From: Mobula hypostoma
Taxonomy: Eukaryota
Assembly: GCF_963921235.1 (NCBI RefSeq)
Contig: NC_086108.1
Span: 18,662,001-18,726,000 of the forward strand
DNA length: 64,000 nucleotides
Reading direction: 5' to 3'
Shown here: piece by piece, positions 1 to 13,179 of the stretch
Numbering within the stretch: the stretch's first letter is position 1
Layout: each line of letters begins with the position of its first letter
Program-made: the position numbers and the translations under genes
The notes under the pieces: generated by a model
Databases searched by the model: none
What the model was told of the DNA's origin: nothing
Seen by the model: the letters and a program-made list of their open reading frames with translations, nothing else

Positions 1-868
1 GCTGGAGCTTAGACTGGGGTCAGAGCCGAGTTTGCAGAAACCAGGGGGAGGGAACATGGGTGTGTTCAGCAGCTGCAGCTGGGATCTGGAATCAATCTAA
101 ACTTCAGTTCATTTTGACAAGCGGAGACTTACATAGAACTTGTTCTGTCCAACGAAGAGTTGACCACCGTGTGGCGTTACAACCACAGTGTCATTGCCAG
201 CATACATAGTAGAATCTGCATTTTCTTGTTAACCAAGGAACTCTTTGCCTTCACAAATAATGAGCGAGAACTTGGTGCAAATAGTTAGCTTCAAGTTGGT
301 GGTGTGACAGAGACGGTCTGCCACAAGAATTTCTTCCCCTCCCCCCGAAATAATAATATTTTCATTATCCCTGTCTAGCAGAGCTGACATTGGGTGCATG
401 TACGAAGCTAACATGCAGCATGAACTTACAGACTTGCACACTGCAGGGCAGTAAGGTTCTTTGACACGACCTGAGTGATGGGTGGGAGTCTTTAAAAAGG
501 TGCCCAATTGTGGTGGTCAGTGCTGGCTCAGTGGAAGAGTTGATTTTCAGGGATGAGCCAAAGTGCTGGCTCCTGGAAAATGGTTAGTTATTGAATGATT
601 TTGGTTGTGAAATATCATTGTGAGCTTATCATAATGCATGTACTTGTGGACATTTATGATTGTGAAGAAGGATGTGAATTTCTGTGTTTTGGTCTTTGTG
701 TATTTGTTCAGACTCATGATAACTCCCCCTACCGCATTCCAAAGAATGGGCCATCCCTTATCTCCTTAAGGAGGCGATCCTGAAAGGCTCGTTTTGGTGT
801 GAGAGAAGGAGAGAGGGTGTGGTAGGGTGGTCTGTATTACTTCACTCGAGACCTAAAGGTTGGATAGT

Positions 869-1078
869 ATATGTCTGTATTTTCTCTTTTGTCATTTTGC
901 CAATTTTTTTGCACTGTAAATATTTTTTTTACTTGTGACACACAATAAACACCTTTGCACTGAATGTGCCTACCATCTGTTCTTTAAGGTCCACACCTTC
1001 ATAAAGGCACGCAACCCTCACCAAAACCCGATGCTGTGACACATAGTTCCCCTTTCTCTTCCGCGTGTTTTAAAGACA
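869..1078 (+). repeat. ~210 bp direct repeat, copy 1 (copy 2 at 2001-2224)
   Basis: ATATGTCTGTATTTT...CAATAAACACCTTTGCACTGAATGTGCC...GTGTTTTAAAGACA occurs at both sites, nearly identical apart from an indel in the T-rich part. Confidence 0.9.
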
Positions 1079-2000
1079 CCTTCCCTAACCTTACTGTATT
1101 CTTCCTTACCGTATACTGCTGAATGGTTATTGAATGAGTAGCGCTCTCTTCACCATCTTTCTGTCTTCAGTTTCCAAGCCCCAACCAACAAAAATGAGCT
1201 CTCTTACTGATCAACACTGGTGCATTTTCTGTGTACTTTTGCAATGGAGACTCAGACTTAGCCTGTCAAGGTGATAGACACGACAGGCGGATGGCTTTGA
1301 TGCTGACATCAACTGGTTATATGACTTCTGCTCCCTCACTGCCACCCTAAGGAGACCACCCTCTGGACCTCACTCAGAGGCTGGGCAGGCTGTCAATCAT
1401 AAATGAGCATTACACAACTATTGACTGATAACCCGTTCCCCGGATAACTAGTGTGGCTGCTGCTGGCTTAATGGACCAGTCATGGAAATGAAAAGGAAGC
1501 TCTAGCTCTGTCTACACGTTGCCCCATGTCACACGGGGAACAAGCTAATAACTGCACTGTCATCCCAACCCACGGCTTACTGTGTTACCCAATGTCTACA
1601 CCACTAAGCAAGCCTGCTGAAAGTTCCACTGGAACCCCCATAGGATAATTGGATAGTTCCATTAAATTTCTAAGTAACTCATTGAGAGATTAGCCTACTG
1701 GAAAAGGGTTATCAAAGAACAGACATTTCAGACCACAGTGGCTATTAACTAGCCATGTACGGCAATGCCACCATCCCTTTTATTCCCCTCAGATTCTCAT
1801 CAATGGCCCTCAAAATTCTACCATTCACCTCAACACTGGGGGCAATTTATAGCAGGTAATTACCCTCCCGGGGTAACAGTGCACCCAAAGGAAACACATG
1901 TAGTCCCAAGGTAAATTAAACATACACTCAAAAGCAGGTCTCCGGAGCTGTTTGACAGCAGCCTTACTGCATCACTCCAGTAGTGTGCAGTTTAGCTTGG

Positions 2001-2224
2001 ATATGTCTGTATTTTCTCTTGTCATTTTGCCAATTTTCTGCACTGTAAATATTTTTTGCACTTTTCTATTTTTCTTACTTGTGACACACAATAAACACCT
2101 TTGCACTGAATGTGCCTACCATCTGTTCTTTAAGGTCCACACCTTCATAAAGGCACGCAACCCTCACCAAAACCCCATGGTGTGACACATAGTTCCCCTT
2201 TCTCTTCCGCGTGTTTTAAAGACA
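2001..2224 (+). repeat. ~220 bp direct repeat, copy 2; abuts the CR1 5' end
   Basis: Matches 869-1078. Confidence 0.9.
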
Positions 2225-2338
2225 GAGTAGGAAGGCTTTGGCTCCTAAGGCTTCGGCGAGCAGAGGCTGAGGAAGAGCTTCACTCCAAGTGTGGTAAGGC
2301 CAGGTAAGCTCCTTTAATAAATCTAATTACCTTAAGTA

Positions 2339-4157
2339 ATGGAGGCAGCAGTTAGGGCAGTTGAGTGCTCCATTTGCAGGATGTGGGAAGTCAGGGTGAG
2401 CACAATCGTCCCTGATGACTAAACCTGCGAAAGGTGCATCCAGCTGCAGCTCCTGACAAACCAAGTTAGGGAACTGGAGCAGGAGCTGAATGAACTTTGG
2501 ATCATTTGTGAGTGTTACGTACCCCGTAACTGGGTTGCCAAACCAGCAGAAATGGATCACTCAGTTGGAGTCTGGAGTACTAGAACTAAGAAAGTTTTAT
2601 TAAAGAAACAAGCAACACAGTAATCGAAAGGATAATAAATGCAACAGTTCAGTGATGATAAACACACATGGGCACAGCATTAAGATAACAGCATCAATCA
2701 AGCTCTATCGTTGTCTAGGGGTAAATGACCAATTTCAAAATGACTCAAAGTTCAGTCCAGTTAGTAGTTCAGTTCGCAGTAATCGTTGCCATGGCGGTGG
2801 ACAACGTGGGGGAAGAGAGAGATAGAATAGGAACAACTGATCATTCAGAACACTGCTTCACTCACAGACCAGCAAGATGGCTCACAGACCAGCGAGATGG
2901 CTCACAAACAGCATTTGGGCGGGTCCTTGGTGATGTCACCTGAGGTCACCGACTGTGACCCCTCCTCCAGATGCGGTCGATCCTCTGCAGTGAACCCGGC
3001 ACCCAGGCAAGGGCGGACACACACCGGGTTCCCGCTGATCGTACCTTTCCACCCTTGTCGTTGTCTGGCACTTCTCACCCACTCGTGAGAGGCGCACCGC
3101 TTCCAGGGTCTCGTTACCTCGGGTGGCGTGTGTGTCTGTCTTAGCGAACCTGTCCCTTTTTATCCCCCTGCTGGGGTATCGCCTGTCCATCACTTCAAAC
3201 AGTTCAGGGTTCAAAGGGGGGAGCCGCTCCAGACAGCTCTCTCTCCCACATCCCTTCATTACACATCTCCAGTCGCTGCTCCATTGTTCCTCATCTCTCC
3301 TTCCCCTGAGGGCAGGTGGCAGACCAACTGCTGATGCCACTGATGCTAGCCCAGGCCAGCAAACATCTTAATTTTATGTGTATTCTCGTAACATGAGGCA
3401 GAGGCAGAAATAGAGAGGAGTTACAGGCAGATAGTCTCCCCTAAGAGTCAGGAGACAGGTAGCTGGGTGACGGTCAGGAGAGGGAAGGGGAAGAGACAGA
3501 ATGAGCAGAGCACCCCTGTGGCCGTTCCCACCAATAATAAGTACATTGTTTTGGATACTGTTGATAGGGATGACCTATCAGGGCAAGTTGCAGGGGTTGT
3601 GTCTCTGGCACAGAGATGGGACCCTCAACTCAGAAAGGAAGGAGGGAAAAGAGGAGAGCAGTAGTGACAGGGGATTCGATAGTTAGGGAGACAGATAAGA
3701 TGTTCTGTGGAAGAGATCGAGAATCCCGGATGGTCTGTTGCCTCCCTGGTGCCAAGGTCCCCGATATCTCGGATTGAGTTCTCGGTATTCTCAAGAGGGA
3801 GGGTGAGCAGCCGGATGTCGTGGTCCATGTAGGGACCAATGACGTGGGTAGGAAGAGTGTGGAGGTCCCGAAAGGTGAGTTTAGGGAGTTAGGCACCAAG
3901 TTAAAGGACAGCACCTCCAGAGTAGCAATCTCAGGATTGCTACCAGTGCCACGTGCAAGGGGGTTTAAGAAATAGTAAGATAGCGCAGATCAGCACATGG
4001 CTGAAGGCATGGTGCAGGAGGGAGGGCTTCAGATTTATAGATAATTGGGCTGTTTCCCAGGGAAGGTGGAACCTGTTCCAGTGGGACGGTCTACATCTGA
4101 ACTGGAGGGGGACAAATATTCTTGCGGGTAGGTTTGCTAGAGGTAGATTTAAACTAG
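2339..4157 (+). pseudogene. CR1 ORF1 (zinc finger/leucine zipper + SGNH esterase), disrupted by a solo LTR, stops and frameshifts
   Basis: MEAAVRAVECSICRMW...TCERCIQLQLL, then GDSIV, VHVGTND and DGLHLN motifs; homologous to 29100-30017 and 35469-36404. Confidence 0.9.
2513..3393 (-). mobile_element. Solo LTR (881 bp, Gypsy-like) inserted in CR1 ORF1
   Basis: Termini TGTTACG...CGTAACA are a 7-bp inverted repeat; 4-bp TSD TGAG at 2509-2512 and 3394-3397; AATAAA on the minus strand near 2596; removing it restores ELWIICE-AEAEIERS. Confidence 0.92.
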
Positions 4158-7039
4158 ATACGAGGGGGGAGGGGAACCAGAGTGTAGGAACAGATGTAGG
4201 GAAGGAGGAAGAAGAAGAAAATAGTAAAATTGTTTGCACAGTTAGTGATAAACAGAGCGTAAGAGGTGGAAAATTTCTTAAATGCATTTATTTTAATGCT
4301 AGGAACATTGTAAAAAAGGTGGATGAGCTTAAAGCATGGATTGATACCTGGAAGTATGATGTGGTAGCTATTAGTGAAACATGGTTACAGGAGTGGCGTG
4401 ATTGGCAACAAAATATTCCTGGATTTAATTGCTTCAGGTGTGATAGAATTGGAGGGACAAGAGGGGGAGGCGTTGCATTGCATGTCAGAGAAAATATTAC
4501 AGTGGTGCTCTGGCAGGTTAGTTTAGAGGGCTTGTCTAGAGAGGCTTCTTGGGTGGAATTGAGGAATGGGAAAGGTACAGTAACACTTATAGGGGAGTAT
4601 TATAGACCACCAAATGGGGAGTGAGAATTGGAGGAGCAAATTTGTAAGGAGATAGCAGATATTAGTAGTAGGCACAAGGTTGTGATTGTGGGAGATTTTA
4701 ATTTTCCACACATAGACTGGGAAGCCCATACTGTAAAAGGGCTGGATGGTTTGGAGTTTGTAAAATGTGTGCAAGATAGTTTTTTGCAGCAATACATAGA
4801 GGTACCAATGAAGGAAGGGGCGGTGTTGGATCTCCTGTTAGGGAATGAGATAGGTCAGGTGACGGAGGTTTGTGTTGGGGAGCACTTCGGGTCCAGTGAT
4901 AATGCTATTAGTTTCAATATAATCATAGAGGAGGATAGATCTGGACCCAGGGTTGAGATTTTTGATTGGAAAAAGGCTAACTTTAAGGAGATGCAAAAGA
5001 ATTTAGGAGGAGTGGATTGGGACAATTTGTTTTATGGGAAGGATGTAATAGAGAAATGGAGGTCATTTAAAGGTGAAATTTTGAGCGTACAGAATGTTGG
5101 GATGTAATGTACAAGGCATTGGTGAAGCCAAATTTGGAGTATTGTGTACAGTTTTGGTCACCAAGTTATAGGAAAGATGTCAACAAAATAGAGAGTACAG
5201 AGAAGGTTTACTAGAATGTTACCTGGGTTTCATCACCTAAGTTACAGAGAAAGGTTGAACAAGTTGGATCTTTATTCTTTGGAATGTAGAAGGTTGAGGG
5301 GGAACTTGATAGAGGTATTTAAAATTATGAGAGGGATAGATAGAGTTGACGTGGATAGGCTTTTTCCATTGAGAGTAGGGGAGATTCAAACAAGAGGACA
5401 TGAGTTGAGAGTTAAAGGGCAAAAGTTTAGGGGTAACATGAGGGGGAACTTCTTTACTCAGAGAGTGGTACCTGTGTGGAACGAGCTTCCAGCAGAAGTG
5501 GTTGAGGCAGATTCGATGTTGTCATTTAAAGTTAAACTGGACAGCTATATGGACAGGAAAGGAATGGAGGGTTATGGGCTGAGTGCAGGTCGGTGGGACT
5601 ACATGAGAGTAAGAGTTCGGCACAGACTAGAAGGGCCGAGATGGCCTGTTTCTGTGCTGTAGTTGTTATATGGTCAAGAAAAACTAACAACTCATTCATT
5701 GAACTCCATACACTGAACACAAAGCTCAGTAAAAGTGCTTTACATAATTATGCCACCTCGTCAGACTAGCCTCTTAAAGTGACCCCAATTTAACTTAAGT
5801 GGCTGTGAATTATCTATGTTTCCACCAATTACCCTATGGTCTTAAGAAGTCCCTAGATGAGCATTTGACTCACAAAGAGCTCTAAAGAGCTGTGGACCAT
5901 GCACTGGAAAATGGGGTTGAATAGATGGGTATGGTGGTCTCATAGACATGGTGGTAGGTGAGCTTATTTCTGTGCTACATTAAATTATGACACCGTGACT
6001 CTCAGCTGTAAGAGTTCTCTGTCCCTTTAAACAGTACTGGTGAGTGGTTTGAAGTGCCATTTAACATCACTTTGTGCCACAAATTGAGCTTGGAAAAGCT
6101 GAAGAGGCTGTTCAATAGGTGCAGGACCCCAGCCTTCTTGAATTTTGTCCTCTTAAATATTGCTGAGGTTATCTCCTGCAAGAAAGTGACTCACCTCTGG
6201 ACAAAAAGTACAATTACATTTAGGTATGTTTACCTATGATATTTACACTTTGGTAAGCAAGATATATCCAAGTATACTGACAATCTCCAGAATAAGGTGA
6301 GCATTGGGGAACAGAGGACATTTTTCACATTTTATAAATGTTTGCCTCTAGTTTCTGGGTTCTACATTACTTATTCTCCTTCTACCTCTCACCTTCCTAG
6401 AAAGCTATAGGAGTCTATGTGAAAATAAAAGGTAGGGTAAAACTGAAGAAGAAATGCAAGGTGGAAAGTAAAGAGTCAACTACAGTGAGAGGGAGATTGA
6501 GTCAGACAGGAAGAGAAAGGAGGAATATGTCCCACCACAGCCCACAAGCCTCAGGCATCTCTCAATACAACACTGGGAGGGACTGATTGATAGTTTAGAA
6601 TTTGTTTCTCAGACTGATTTTCAGGCAGATAACATAATACACAAGTGCTAGCAACCATTGAAGCTGAGACAGCAAATGGGAACAGACATAAATTTTTGGC
6701 AAATCAACACTGAACTTGACAGCAAGGTGTGCCGATTTTTTTAACTGCTCACTTCCTTTCTCCTTTGGCACGGGATATCCAATGCAAGAAGGGGCCAGTT
6801 AAGATTTGTGATCCAGACTTTAAGAATGTCTGCTTGGGCAAAGTTGTTTGGAAACCCTTTCAGTTTGATGATGGCCTACGGCTTTTATGCAAACTAGGTT
6901 TTGAGTAGGAGCACCCGTATATAATATTCAGGCTGGTGTGAAATTTAGCTTCAGCATGGGTGGGGAAGAAGGACAGCCTTATCAAGGCAACACATAACCA
7001 AAGGCAAAACCAGGCAAATGCTGGAAACAGTAATTTTTT

Positions 7040-8160
7040 TTATTATCTCATGGATAAAACATGGAGTGAAGATTGCCTGATGGGCAGAAGGCAAAGAGTG
7101 GGAATAAAGGGGGCCTTTTCTGGTTGGATGCCGATGACTATGGTGTTCCAGAGGGGTTAGTGCTGTTTGCTTCTTTTCATGTTTTATGTCAATGATCTGG
7201 ATGATGTAAAGTCTGGCCAAGTTTGCAGATGATACAAAGAAAGATGGAGGGGCAGATAATGTAGAGGAAGCAGGGAATCTACAGAAGGATTTGGACAGAT
7301 TAAGAGAGTGGGCAAAGAAGTGGCAGATGAAATATAGTGTAGGGAAGTGTATGATAGAAAGAATAAAGACTATTTTCCAATTGGGAAGAAAATTCAGAAA
7401 TCGGAGGTGCAGAGGGACTTGGAAATCCTCATGTAGGATCCTCTGAAGGTTGACTCAGTGGTAAAGAAGGCAAAAGCAATTTTAGCATTCAGTTCAAGAG
7501 GACTAGAATATTAAAGTAAGGATGTAATGCTGAGGCTTTATAATGGCATCAGTCAGACAGTACTTGGAGTATTGTGAGCAGTTTTGGGCCCTTATGGGAG
7601 AGGATGTACTGACATTGGAGAAGGTCCAGAGGAGGTTCATGAGGATGATCTTGGGAATGAAATAGTTAATGTACGAGAAGTGTTTGATGGCTCTGCCCTC
7701 ACTGGAGTTTAGAAGGATGAGGGTGGATCTCATTGAAACCTATCCAATATTGAAAAGTCTAGATAGAGTGGATGTGGAGAGGATGTTCCCTATAGTGGGG
7801 GAGTCTATATAGTGATGTATAGTGAACATATAGTGATGTTCCCTATAGTGGGGCACCAAATAGGACAGCCTCAGGATACAAGAACATCTCTTTAGAATAG
7901 AGATAAGGAGGAATTTCTTGAGTCAGAGGATGGTGAATCTGTGGAATTTATTGCCACAAACAGCTGTGGGGCCACATCAATTGACATATTTAAAGTGGAG
8001 CTTGATAGGTTCTTGATTAATAAGGGTGTCAAAGGTTACAGGGGGAAGGAAGGAGAATGGGGTGGAGAAAGATAATAAATCAGCCATGATGAAATGATGG
8101 AGACTCAGGAGGTATAATGGCCTATTACTGCCCCTTAGTCAAATGGTCTTATGGTCTAAA
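7040..8160 (+). mobile_element. Degenerate 5'-truncated CR1 (RT C-half and 3'UTR)
   Basis: KFADDTK remnant (AAGTTTGCAGATGATACAAAG), EWAKKWQM, RRNFLSQRMVNLWN, TATGGTCT tail. Confidence 0.88.
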
Positions 8161-8543
8161 ATGGTGGAGACACTTAGCAATTCAGCCAGCACTTAGAGGG
8201 AACAACAGTTGGAATCAAAATCAGAATCAGGTTCGTTATCACTGACATAGATAACTGCAACAACAATACAATGCAAAACTGACAAAATTATTAAAAATTA
8301 CAAAAATAAATAGTTCAAATAAAGTAAAAACAGGTATTGTTTCTATATTCATGGACTATTCAGAAATCTGATGGTGGAGGAGAAGAAGCTATATCTGATC
8401 ATTCAGTGTGGGTCTTTAGGCTCCTGTACTTCCTACCCTATGGTAGTACTGAAAAGAAGGCATGTCCTGGGTGGTGAGAGTTTTAGTAATGGATGCCACC
8501 TTCTTGATGTGGACATGGAGTTAAAAAGAACAGGAGTTCAACT

Positions 8544-8679
8544 TCAAAGTACCATACTGAAACACCATGGAGTTCATTGTCCTAACTGTCCTCTCATTCT
8601 ACCTCCTGGTCAAAGTACTATACCCAAAACACCATGGAATCCATTGTCCTAACTGTCCTCTCCTTCTACCTCCTAGTCA
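8544..8679 (+). repeat. Two-copy tandem duplication, unit ~66 bp
   Basis: TCAAAGTAC..CACCATGGA..CATTGTCCTAACTGTCCTCTC..TTCTACCTCCT repeated twice. Confidence 0.85.
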
Positions 8680-9205
8680 AGCCTCCCCTGGATCCCCCAC
8701 TATATCTCTGAAAGCAGAGGCCAGAGGTTAATCATTAGCCCATATTTCATTTCACAGAGACCTCTAAATAATGAGCATGCTTCAAGTCAATTGGTCTCCA
8801 CACAGGCTGCATTGTCCATTTGATTAGGGATGTTGAAGCAGAGACTCCTAGCAAGGAGAGTCTGATGATTGGGCAAAATTGCAGTCAACAAGATAAGTTG
8901 CAATGTAAAAGGTGGACAAAATCAAAAAGGGTGAATGCACAACTGAAGGTATTATATTTGAAAGCATGTAGTATATGGAATAAGGATGATGAACGTAGCA
9001 CAGTTACAAATTGGCATGTATGATGTTGTAGGCATCATTGAATCATGGCTGAAAGACTATAGCTGGGAGCTTAATGTCTAAGGGTACACATTGTATCAAA
9101 AGGCTGAGCAGTAAGGCAGAGAGTGTGGCATTGCTCTGTTGGTAGAAAATGAAAAAGTCATTAGAAAGAGGCGACATGGGGTCAGAAGGCATTGAACCAT
9201 TGTGG

Positions 9206-9273
9206 CCTGACGAAGGGTCTCGCCCCGAAACGTCAACTGTACCTGTTCCTAGAGATGCTGCCTGGCCTGCTGC
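9206..9273 (+). mobile_element. Short Penelope-like tail fragment carrying a hammerhead core
   Basis: CCTGACGAAGGGTCTCGCCCCGAAACGTCAACTG...GATGCTGCCTGGCCTGCTGC matches 49739-49806. Confidence 0.8.
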
Positions 9274-10360
9274 AAATACAAAAGTAAGCTAGCCAATAAT
9301 ATTGAAGAGGATACCAAAAGTTTCTTCAGATACATAGAGTGTAAAAGGGAGATGAGAGTAGATATCGAACTGCTGGAAACCAATGTTGTAGAGTTAGTAA
9401 TGGGGGACAAGAAAATGGCGGATGAGCTGAATAGATATTTTGCAACAGACTTCACAGAATTGATGGATTTGTTGCAAAGTTTGTGGATGATACAAAGACA
9501 GGTGGAGGGGCAGGTAGTTTAGAGGAAGTAGAGAGGCTACACAAGGACAGGGGAATGGGCAAAGAAGTGGCAGGTGGGATATAGTGTTGGGAAGTGTGTG
9601 GTCATGCACTTTAGTAGAAGAAATAAAAGGTTTGACTATTTTCTAAGTGGAGCGAAAATTTAAAAATCTGAGGCACAAGGGGGACTTGGGAGAGCTTGTG
9701 CAGGGTTCTCTAAAGGTTAATTTGCAGGTTGAGTCTGTGGTGAGGAAGGCAAATGCGATGTTCGCATTTATTTCAAGACGACTGAAATATAAAAGCAAGG
9801 ATGTAATGCTGAGGCTTCATAAGGCACTGGTGAGGCCTCACGGAGTTTTGTGAGCAGTTTTGCATCCCTTGGAAAGGATGTGCTGACACTGGAGAGGGTT
9901 CAACTAGGTTCACAAAGATGATTCCAAGATTGAACGTACTATTATATGAAGAGCATTTGATGGCCCTTGGGCTGTATTCATCGAAATTAGAAGAATGAGG
10001 GGTGACTGAAAGACCTTGATAGAGTGAATGTAGAGAGGACATTTCCTACAGTGGGAGAGTCTAGGACCAGAGGACATAGCCTCAGAAAAGACAGAGGTCC
10101 TTTTAAAACAGAGATGAGGAGGAATTTCTTTAGCCAGAGAGTGGAGAATCTGTGGAATTTGTTGCCACAGGCAGCTATGGAGGCCAAGTCTTTATGTATG
10201 TTTAAGGCAGATGGTGAGAGATTCTTGATTGGTCATAGCATGAAGGGATGAAGCATAGCATTGGAGGAAGGCAGAAAATTGGGACTGAGGGAAAAAATGC
10301 CATGATGTAACGGTGGAGCAGACTCAATGGGCCAGATGGGCTAATTCTGCTCCTATATTG

Positions 10361-10883
10361 ATGGAGACAGATGTGAGAAGCAGAGGAACTTCTGGACGAA
10401 TTTCTGAAATGCCCGGTTTGCTTTGCTGCGCGATTAAGAATCTCCAGAGGGAAGGCCCCAAAATCCCTAGCTTTGCCTGCTGCTGGCGACCGAGGCTGAA
10501 GTCAAAGCATTCGGCAGAGATGGTATTCGGTACTCTGTGTCGGAGGGCTGATCAAAGCTTGAAGTTTTTGGACGACTCAGAGTCGGATTGTGATCGGGCA
10601 TGGCAAGGAGAGTTTTCTTCCTTCTCCCGTCTGCATGAGATGTGGGACTTTTGAGAGACTTTGAACTTTTTTTTTAACTGTGCCATGGCCTGTTCTTCAA
10701 GTTATGGTATTGTTGCACGGTTGTAACTATATGTTATAATTATGTGGTTTTTGTTAGTTTTTTGGTCTTGGTCTGTCCTGTGTTTTTGTGATATCACACC
10801 GGAGGAATATTGTATAATTTCTTAATGCATGTATTACTAAATGACAATAAAAGAGGACTGCGTGTATCCATAATCTAATCTAA
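10361..10883 (+). mobile_element. Unclassified SINE-like/non-LTR 3' element inserted in a CR1 tail
   Basis: Ends with AATAAA and an (AATCT)n tail; the CR1 3'UTR is continuous across it. Confidence 0.55.
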
Positions 10884-10984
10884 TATCTTATGGCCTTATG
10901 GTCTTAGGATCTAAAAGCCTTATCATGGCAGATATATTCTGAGTGGAATCACTGAGAAATGAGGCTTTAGGACCGGGAGATAAG

Positions 10985-12260
10985 GACATAATAAGATAGA
11001 ACAGGAGTAGGCCACTTGGCATCTCAACCCTGCGCCACCATTCAATATGATCGTGGCTGGTTCATCTCACACCTAATCTCATCCTGCACCAGTTCTCCAC
11101 ATTTCTCGACCCCCTGCTCTTCCAAACATTTATCTACTTCCCCAAATGATCTAACCTCCATATCCCACCGGGGTAGGGAATTCCAGGGATCCATCACCCT
11201 CTTTGAGAAGAAGTTCATACACACCTAATCTTGTAGCCGTGTCCCTTCATTCAAATGAAACACCCTGATTTCCCTGGCTGCACAAGTCTAGGAAAGACAA
11301 CCACCGGCCCCACCAAACATGCTCAATCCCACCCCAAACCCCAGTTTGTGTGGATGCTGTGTCATTTGTTACCCTGTTACAAGTTAATGCCACAGAATAA
11401 CAGACAGTACACTGCATATGGTTAAAGGAATAATATTTATGAATCTTAACTAAAGGGTTAGTAAGGAATAACAAAAAGAAAAGGGCTCATTATAATTAAA
11501 CAGTCAAATGTTCACAAGTTGGAACTCATCTTGAACTTCTGTCACTCACACGCTGGGCCCTTGGTCAACATGAAAGCACGCATCACCATCTGAATATCGC
11601 TCACAATCCATCTCAAACAAATGGGTCTTCCACTGGATCGTATGCTACAACCGGTTGTCCTCAGGGTCTTCTCACTTCATCTTCTCTTGAACAAAAGCTC
11701 CAAGCCCAACCTTCATGTCCCTCACCAGGGAAGCCTCCCCTTAATCCGATCATCCCAATTGGATGGCACACATTTCTCCTATCTCTCATCTTCAACAGTG
11801 ACCCAAACAAGCATGAAAACAGAACAGACTGCTTCTACAGAGCTGCCAAAATGAAACACATACAGCATAACAGGAAAAATATGAACCAGGGCATTACACA
11901 AGATTCCTCCATGTGGGAACATCTCAGCATTAACCCTATCAAGCACTCTCAGAATCTTAAATATTTTAGTCAGATCATCCTTTATTCCTGTAAACTTAAA
12001 GGAATACAGATCTAATTTATTTAGCTAATCATGCTAGGACAAAACTTTCAACCCGGGGAATAGACTCTGGAATTTCTTTTGGATTTTTAAATAAGCAAAT
12101 CAAAGCCATGTATTGTATTCCACTTGTGGCCTCACCAATACTCTGTTAAGTTTTAACAACATTTACCTATTTCCAAACTCCAAACCTCTTGCAGTAGAGA
12201 CAAATATGGTCATTTGTTTTCCTAATCACTTGTTGCAACTACCTGCTAACTTTTTTTGGG
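10985..12260 (-). mobile_element. Old CR1 3' fragment split by a solo LTR
   Basis: Minus strand NFFSKRVMDPWNSLP; CR1 C-terminal sequence resumes at 11899. Confidence 0.7.
11256..11898. mobile_element. Solo LTR (643 bp)
   Basis: TG...CA ends with imperfect inverted termini TGAAACACCCTG / CAGGGCATTACA; flanks CAAA / CAAG (4-bp TSD, 1 mismatch); interrupts a CR1. Confidence 0.7.
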
Positions 12261-12324
12261 TTCCTGCACAAGAACATATAGGTCTTAATATATTTGGCTC
12301 TTCTGCAATTTATTCTTAATTTGG

Positions 12325-12642
12325 ATATATAACCATATAACAATTACAGCACGGAAACAGGCCATCTGGGCCCTTCTAGTCCATGCCGAACTCTTGCTCT
12401 CACCTAGTCCCACCGACCTGCACTCAGCCCATAACCCTCCATTCCTTTCCTGTCCTTATAGCTGTCCAATTTAACTTTAAATGACAACATCGAACCTGCC
12501 TCAACCACTTCTGCTGGAAGCTCGTTCCACACGGCTAACATTCTGAGTAAAGAAGTTCCTTCTCATGTTACCCATAAATTTTTGTCCTTTAACTCTCAAC
12601 TCATGTCCACTTGTTTGAATCTGCCCCACTCTCAATGGAAAA
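12325..12642 (-). mobile_element. CR1 3' end, same family as 5360-5675
   Basis: Reverse complement of the 3' region of the 2225-5675 element. Confidence 0.88.
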
Positions 12643-13179
12643 ATAAAACTCTGTTTTTAGACTCCAAGTGAACATAGCCTCATACTTTTCCCAATTTCAT
12701 TTTTATTTGCCCACTCACTCAACTGATCTATCCAGGAAATCACAGAATCTGTGGCTGTGTTGAGGTTTCTTTGAAGCACCATGATTGCTGGGCATAGGGC
12801 TTAATGTAATGTGGGTTAATGTAATGCTGTGGCCGTCTTGCCACAAGTCACTATCCATATCTATGCTGGGAGAGCAGTTTTCTCAGAACAACCCAGTCAC
12901 TGGTACATGCAGGTAGTACCAGTCGTCTTCCACATGACCTTCCTTAAGGGAGAACGGCAGAAATCTCCCTGTAAGGGTGTTTCATAACCAGAAGTGGCTA
13001 GCTAAATTTCCATTCTGAACTTAAGCAGTCCATTTGTGTGTTTTGCACTCCATAAAAAAGTTTCTCAATTGAAAAGTAATTTCTCAACTACAAAAATTGA
13101 ATTTCTAGTCACTTCTTTGCAGCGTTATTTGTTCATTCAGTCTGAATTATCTTTGTGCTTCCCGAGCAGAGAATTTTAT

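Larger units (their letters stand above)
2225..5675 (+). mobile_element. CR1 LINE: 5'UTR, ORF1, APE endonuclease, internal deletion of the RT core, ORF2 C-terminus and 3'UTR
   Basis: EN motifs CIYFNARN, VAISETWL, GGGVAL, VGDFNFP, LDLLL; near 5095 it jumps to LYKALV/YCVQFWSP-type C-terminal sequence; CR1 3' end GCCTGTTTCTGTGCTGTAGTTGTTATATGG. Confidence 0.93.
8820..10905 (+). mobile_element. Degenerate, internally deleted CR1 (EN start, linker, RT C-terminus, 3'UTR) with nested inserts
   Basis: LKVLYLKACSIWNK (EN start); VESVVRKANAM, HKALVRPH, RRNFFSQRVENLWN; its TCTTATGG tail resumes at ~10884 after an insert. Confidence 0.85.

Noticed and set aside
127..507. Possible minus-strand host exon ending at a GTAAGT donor
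   Set aside because: In-frame stop at 229-231, no clear acceptor, no recognisable protein
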